Source: an uncultured Gemmatimonadales bacterium (GTDB taxonomy: Bacteria > Gemmatimonadota > Gemmatimonadetes > Longimicrobiales > Longimicrobiaceae). Taken from it: a stretch of 64,000 nt of DNA. Under the pieces are notes generated by a model. The model was not told the DNA's origin, did not search any database, and saw nothing but the letters and a program-made list of their open reading frames with translations. Numbering within the stretch: position 1 is the stretch's first letter; each line of letters opens with the position of its first letter. Shown here in pieces: positions 61,701 through 64,000 of the stretch. The DNA lies in NCBI GenBank assembly GCA_963716255.1, contig OY970303.1, positions 7,424,001-7,488,000 of the forward strand, written 5' to 3'. A program made the position numbers and the translations under genes.

Positions 61701-64000
61701 GTCGTTCGGCGGGGTGCCGGCGCTGTGGAGCGCCATGCTGGAACGGGTGCGCACCGGCGAGGCGCCGAAGCCGGCGGGATTGAAGGCGGTGCTGCTGGGC
61801 GGGGAGGCGCTGTCGGCGGAGCTGGTGGAGCGGACGCGGGCGCTCTTCCCGGGCGCGGCGGTGTGGAACCACTACGGGCCCACCGAGGCGACGGTCAACA
61901 CCACGGTGGCGCGGGTGGACGGGGCGGAGCGCGTGGGGATCGGGCGGCCGATCGCCAACGTGCGCGTGTACCTGCTGGACCGGCGCGGCGAGCCGGTACC
62001 GGTGGGGGTGGCGGGGGAGCTGTACGTGGGCGGCGCCGGGGTGGCGCGCGGCTACCTGGGGCGGCCGGCGCTGACCGCCGGGAGCTTCCTCCCGGATCCT
62101 TTCGCGGGGGAGGCGGGCGCGCGGATGTACCGCTCGGGCGACCGGGCGCGGTGGCTGGCGTCGGGGGAGCTGGACTACGTGGGGCGGACCGACGACCAGG
62201 TCAAGGTGCGCGGCTTCCGCATCGAGCCCGGCGAGATCGAGGCCGCGCTGGAGCGGCACCCGGCGGTGCGCGAGGCCGTGGTGGCGGTGCGGGGCGAGCG
62301 GCTGGTGGGCTGGGTCGTGGCGGAGCAGGACGCCGAGCCCTCCCCCGCGGAGCTGCGCGCCTGGCTCGCGGACCGGCTCCCGGAATACATGGTCCCCGCG
62401 GCCGTGGCGGTGCTCGCCTCGCTGCCGCTCTCGCCCAACGGCAAGACGGACCGGCGGGCGCTCCCGGACCCGGAGCCCGCGGCCGGCGGCGCGCCGTTCG
62501 TCGCGCCGCGCACCGCGGCGGAGGAGGCGGTCGCGGCGGCCTTCGCGGAGGTACTGCAGGCGACGCGTATCGGAGCGGGGGACGACTTCTTCGCGCTGGG
62601 CGGGCACTCGCTGCTCGCCGCGCGGGTGGTGTCGCGCGTCCGCGCGGCGCTGGGCGTGGAGCTGCCGCTGCGGGCGGTCTTCGAGGCGCCCACCGTGGGC
62701 GGGCTCGCGGAGCGGGTGGACGCCCTGGTGCTCGCCGGCGACGGGCTCCGGGCGCCGCCGCTCGTCCCCGTGCCGCGCGAGCCGGGCCGCCCGCTGCCGC
62801 TTTCCTTCGCGCAGCAGCGGCTCTGGCTGGTGGACCGCATCGCGCCGGGATCGTCCGCGTACAACATGCCGTACGGGCTGCGCCTGCGCGGCGCGCCGGA
62901 CGCGCGGCTGCTGGAGCGCAGCCTGGGCGAGGTGGTGCGGCGCCACGAGTCGCTGCGCACCGTGTTCGCCCTGGTGGACGGCGAGCCGGTGCAGACCATC
63001 CGCCCGCCGGGGCCCGTCCGCCTCCCGGCCGTGGAGCTGCGCGCCCTGCGCCCCGCCGACCGCGAGCGCGAGCTGCGCCGCCTGGCCGCCGCCGAGGCTG
63101 CGCGGCCGTTCGACCTGGCGCGCGGGCCGCTCCTCCGCCCGCTGCTCGCGTGGACGGGGGCGGACGAGTGCGCGCTCCTGTTCACGCTGCACCACGTGGT
63201 CGCCGACGCGTGGAGCATGGACGTGCTGGTGCGCGAGGTGTCCGCGGCGTACGCCGCCTTCGCGGAGGGGCGCCCCTCGCCGCTGGCCCCGCTCCCGGTG
63301 CAGTACACCGACTTCGCGGTGTGGCAGCGGGAGTGGCTGAGCGGCGAAGTGCTGGAGGCGCAGCTCGCCTGGTGGCGCGCGCGGCTGGACGGCGCGCCGC
63401 CCGTGCTGGACCTCCCCGTCGACCGCCCGCGCCCGGCCGCCGCCGATCCCCGCGCCGCGGCCGTGGGCTTCGCCGTCCCCGCCGGTGTGGCGCGCGGGGT
63501 GCGGGCGCTCGCCCGGAGCGAGGGCGCGACGCCGTTCATGGCGCATCTGGCCGCCTCCGCGGCGATGCTGGCGCGCTGGTCCGGCCAGGACGACGTGGTG
63601 GTGGGCACGCCGGTGGCGGGGCGCACGCACGCCGAGCTGGAGGGGCTGATCGGCTTCTTCGTCAACACGCTGGCGCTGCGCACCCAGCTCGGCGGCGCCC
63701 CAACGCTCCGGGAGCTGGTGGGGCGCGCGCGGGAATCGCTGCTGGGCGCCCAGGCCCACGCCGACCTCCCCTTCGAGCGGCTGGTGGAGGCGCTGTCCCC
63801 CGAGCGCAGCCTCGGCCACACCCCCGTCTTCCAGGCCACCGTCGCGCTGCTCGACGATGCCGGCCGCGAGCTGCGGCTGGGCCCGGCGCGGGTGGAGCCG
63901 CTGGCCACGGGCGAGCCCCCCGCCAAGTTCGACCTGGCGCTCACCTTCCGCGACGAGGGCGAGGCGGTGCGCGGCGTCCTCGCCTGGCGCGCCGAGCTGT
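52747..64000 (+). CDS. Multimodular NRPS: C-A-T-C-A-T-C-A-T-C..., 3' truncated by window
   Basis: ATG 52747. The frame appears open to the window end, so it is absent from the ORF track. C motifs HHVARDR, HHVVADG, HHVVGDG and HHVVADA; three A domains; three FFALGGHS carriers. Confidence 0.93.
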   Translation, partial: MTKPTLSIDDLTPEQLQRLQERMAQLRGQAPAAAGIPRRAGSGPAPLSFAQRQIWLQHQLDPGGTLFNVPTVLRLRGELDPRALRRALDELVRRHELLRTTFELLEEGPVQVVALARGAPLAEADLSGEEDPEAAALERAGAESARPFDMAEDPPFRAALLRVGPRDHVLALVMHHVARDRWTSGVLMGEIAALYRAFREGAPSPLPEPRIQFADYAVWERERLRGETLDRLLAFWSAHLDGAPSPQSPPADHPRGSRPMELVRLPLPVPADTAGALRRLAREESGTAYMVLLAVYLVLLRGYTGEDDLVLGTYVGGRTRPETERLVGSLANTLVLRFRVEDGAGFRGLLRQVRAVVLDAQRHQELPFERLVEELQPVREPGRTPLIRSAFNVSRAAPANLELPGVEVEVLPFAAGGAGVDVHWALEEWDEGIVGHLEYDAGLYLAATAERLAAAYLRLLDAAVAAPDTPLDALPLLAPAERDRLLHAWNDTRRAHPAGACVHGLFAASAARTPHAVAVEHRSGTLTYAELDARAGRLASALRARGVGPDVRVGLCLERGPELMAALLAVLKAGGAYVPLDPAYPAERLSYMLRDSGAHVLLTQQALAGRVGEFGGETVVVDTPHLPAPYSARGEGENDNDTSGAEEREALPQNWGRVASLSEPGGGTPADASTASAEQVAVLPSPLVGEGPGVRGEPVVHPDNLAYVIYTSGSTGTPKGVALPHRALVNLLRWQDAEWRHPEAAATLQFTTVGFDVSFQEIFSCWLSGGRLVLVDEDERRDLGAVLDRLDRARVERLFLPYVALQHLAELGEERGVYPAALREVQTAGEQLRVTEPIRRWLAETGAALSNQYGPSETHVATALALEGDPAGWPLLPAIGRPIANARCYVLDPRGEPAPVGAPGELLLAGACLARGYLGRPELTAEKFVPDPFAGEPGARAYRTGDRARWLADGTLEFLGRGDAQVKVRGHRVEPGEVEAALEAHPAVRQAVAAVRADAAGQGRLVAWVVAEDGAAPRPAELREHVGGRLPEYMVPSAVAVLAAFPLTPSGKVDRRSLPEPDAAAGEAEDYAAPETPTEEVLAGIFRTVLGAERIGARDDFFALGGHSLLATRVMSRVRDALGLDLPLREIFDASTVRALAARVDALLGAGAAAEESPLQRAPRDGRLRAEGAVQAPALVPVLRDRPLPASFAQQRLWFIDRMEPGSAAYNLPAALRLRGRLDARALRRALAGVVRRHESLRTVFAEAGGEPVQVVRPAAPVALPAVDLLRLSPEARAREAARLAAAEALRPFDLAAGPLLRASLLRLDAETWALLFSMHHVVADGWSVGVLVREVSALYTAFSRGASSPLPPLPVQYADYAAWQRGWLTGAALDAQVAWWRERLAGAPPLLELPTDRPRPATQDGAGASVPFALGAGAAGALRALAREEGATMFMALLAGWQLLLSRWSGQDDVSVGTPIAGRNRVETEGLIGFFVNTLVMRADLSGAPSFRALLGRAREGTLGAYHHQEVPFEKLVEELAPARSLRHAPLFQVMFAMTANALGELRMGDLETEPLGVGDPPAKFDLNLELGDGEGGVGGALSYRAELWERATVERMAGHLAALLEGVAADPDRPAAEVPFLGAAERSRVLEEWNATQRPYPAGPCVHDLFAAQARRTPAAVAISHRGETVTYAELDRRSARLANALRRRGVGPETRVGICLERTPELAVAMLGVLRAGGAYVPLDPAYPPARTAGMLEDAGVRLVVAASALAGRVPAGAAGLFLVDEEREALLAEPDTAPESGATAENLSHVIFTSGSTGRPKGVMVRHSSVVVLLHWLRETVADEERAGALWSTSASFDVSVAEVFGTLCWGGRLVLVENALELATVREPVVAAGMVPSAAAELLRSGGIPAGLRTLNLAGEALPEALARGLHALGTVAVLRNLYGPTEDTTYSTWALVGRGAERVSIGRPVANTRAYVLDDRHQPVPVGVAGELYLAGDGLARGYVGRPELTAERFVPDPFGEPGSRMYRVMDRVRWLAGGELEYLGRADQQVKVRGFRVEPGEVEATLGRHPSVLEAVVVAREDAPGDRRLVAYVVPAAGAAAVPAELRAFAGEHLPAYMVPAAVVVLEGLPLSSNGKIDRAALPAPEWTAAADAFVAPRTPTETTLAGIWARVLGVERVGADDDFFALGGHSLLATRVVSQIRDVMGVEVPLRTAFEAPTVAALAARVDSLRGAGAAARESTLVRFARERRLRTEAGAAQAAPPAVVPAPAPSPAPVPAPAAGSPPPLVPVPRDGSPLPVSFAQQRLWLLQQLDPRSAAYNMAFALRVRGRLDPGVLEAAVSEIVRRHETLRTVFPESDGRPVQVIRAPAPFAVPRTDLRALPEAARAHEARRLAGEEALRPFDLAAGPLLRVRVVRLDGEEWALLFTLHHVVGDGWSLGVIVRELSELYGALAEGRAPVLPPLPVQYADYAVWQRGWLVGATLEAQLAFWREQLRGAPQLLEIPTDRPRLHAGGDRGETRAFSLAGATPAALRALARREGATLFMSLLAAWQLLLGRWAGQDDVCVGTPVAGRARVQTEPLIGFFVNTLVMRADLSCTERLTFAGLLRQVRETALGAYAHQDLPFERLVEELAPERGAGRSPLFQVVFSLLTVEMGAPRMGGARMEPLPRDAEPARFDLSLTVAADEGKLAGTLLFRTDLFDGATVERMLGHYATLLAALAADPDAPVGRADMLSAAERAQLLHAWNDTAADLPRGLVHERIAQQAARTPHAPAVLFRERTLTYAELERDAGRLARRLRDAGVRVDDRVGILLERGEALVVAVLGILKAGAAYVALDPGHPDERLRFVLADAAASAVVATPELSPRLAGFAGAVVCPGSPLPQAPSPARGEGGPAIAPEPPVDPDNLAYVIYTSGSTGTPKGVLATHRGLANYLAWFNREVLGEDGFALPLVSRLSFDAHVRQLFPPLLRGEPVWVLPEETAADPAALLAALSARGRVSFGGVPALWSAMLERVRTGEAPKPAGLKAVLLGGEALSAELVERTRALFPGAAVWNHYGPTEATVNTTVARVDGAERVGIGRPIANVRVYLLDRRGEPVPVGVAGELYVGGAGVARGYLGRPALTAGSFLPDPFAGEAGARMYRSGDRARWLASGELDYVGRTDDQVKVRGFRIEPGEIEAALERHPAVREAVVAVRGERLVGWVVAEQDAEPSPAELRAWLADRLPEYMVPAAVAVLASLPLSPNGKTDRRALPDPEPAAGGAPFVAPRTAAEEAVAAAFAEVLQATRIGAGDDFFALGGHSLLAARVVSRVRAALGVELPLRAVFEAPTVGGLAERVDALVLAGDGLRAPPLVPVPREPGRPLPLSFAQQRLWLVDRIAPGSSAYNMPYGLRLRGAPDARLLERSLGEVVRRHESLRTVFALVDGEPVQTIRPPGPVRLPAVELRALRPADRERELRRLAAAEAARPFDLARGPLLRPLLAWTGADECALLFTLHHVVADAWSMDVLVREVSAAYAAFAEGRPSPLAPLPVQYTDFAVWQREWLSGEVLEAQLAWWRARLDGAPPVLDLPVDRPRPAAADPRAAAVGFAVPAGVARGVRALARSEGATPFMAHLAASAAMLARWSGQDDVVVGTPVAGRTHAELEGLIGFFVNTLALRTQLGGAPTLRELVGRARESLLGAQAHADLPFERLVEALSPERSLGHTPVFQATVALLDDAGRELRLGPARVEPLATGEPPAKFDLALTFRDEGEAVRGVLAWRAEL
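54614..54834 (+). repeat. Composite R2 element (A, B and inverted A) inserted in frame in NRPS A domain 4
   Basis: Contains ccctcccccagaattgggggagggtggcgagcctaagcgagccgggtggggg. The frame is preserved into NLAYVIYTSG. Confidence 0.88.
61343..61385 (+). repeat. R2 module A inserted in frame in NRPS A domain 6
   Basis: ccccctcccccaggccccctcccccgcaaggggggagggggg encodes PLPQAPSPARGEG before NLAYVIYTSG. Confidence 0.82.

Overview
High-GC bacterial DNA; gene style and repeat families suggest Gemmatimonadota (Longimicrobium-like), which is inference only. No rRNA, tRNA or CRISPR array was seen. The backbone carries a TonB receptor tail, PAS and HAMP kinases, two paralogous secreted TPR-like proteins, an M1 peptidase, an FAD dehydrogenase, a sigma-54 two-component locus with a dioxygenase-like and a PepSY gene, a GH84 hydrolase, a cold-shock gene and an aminotransferase. 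Accessory loci: (1) a decaying integron at about 4285-10200, with an intI pseudogene remnant, attI, three cassettes including a 3.8-kb SIR2-NACHT cassette, and a third attC apparently broken by an orphan IS1111-type end plus non-coding region; (2) an NB-ARC/TPR NLR next to a small Bell-like gene, the two sharing a 22-aa amyloid-like motif (24649-27307), the best candidate for an undescribed system; (3) a second cassette-like island (HEPN and HNH genes, degenerate attC sites) split by a complete IS1380; (4) a defensin-like peptide and its deleted duplicate, followed by a large NRPS-PKS/NRPS cluster that runs off the window. Two structured repeat families are dispersed through the window, and one has inserted in frame into three NRPS adenylation domains.
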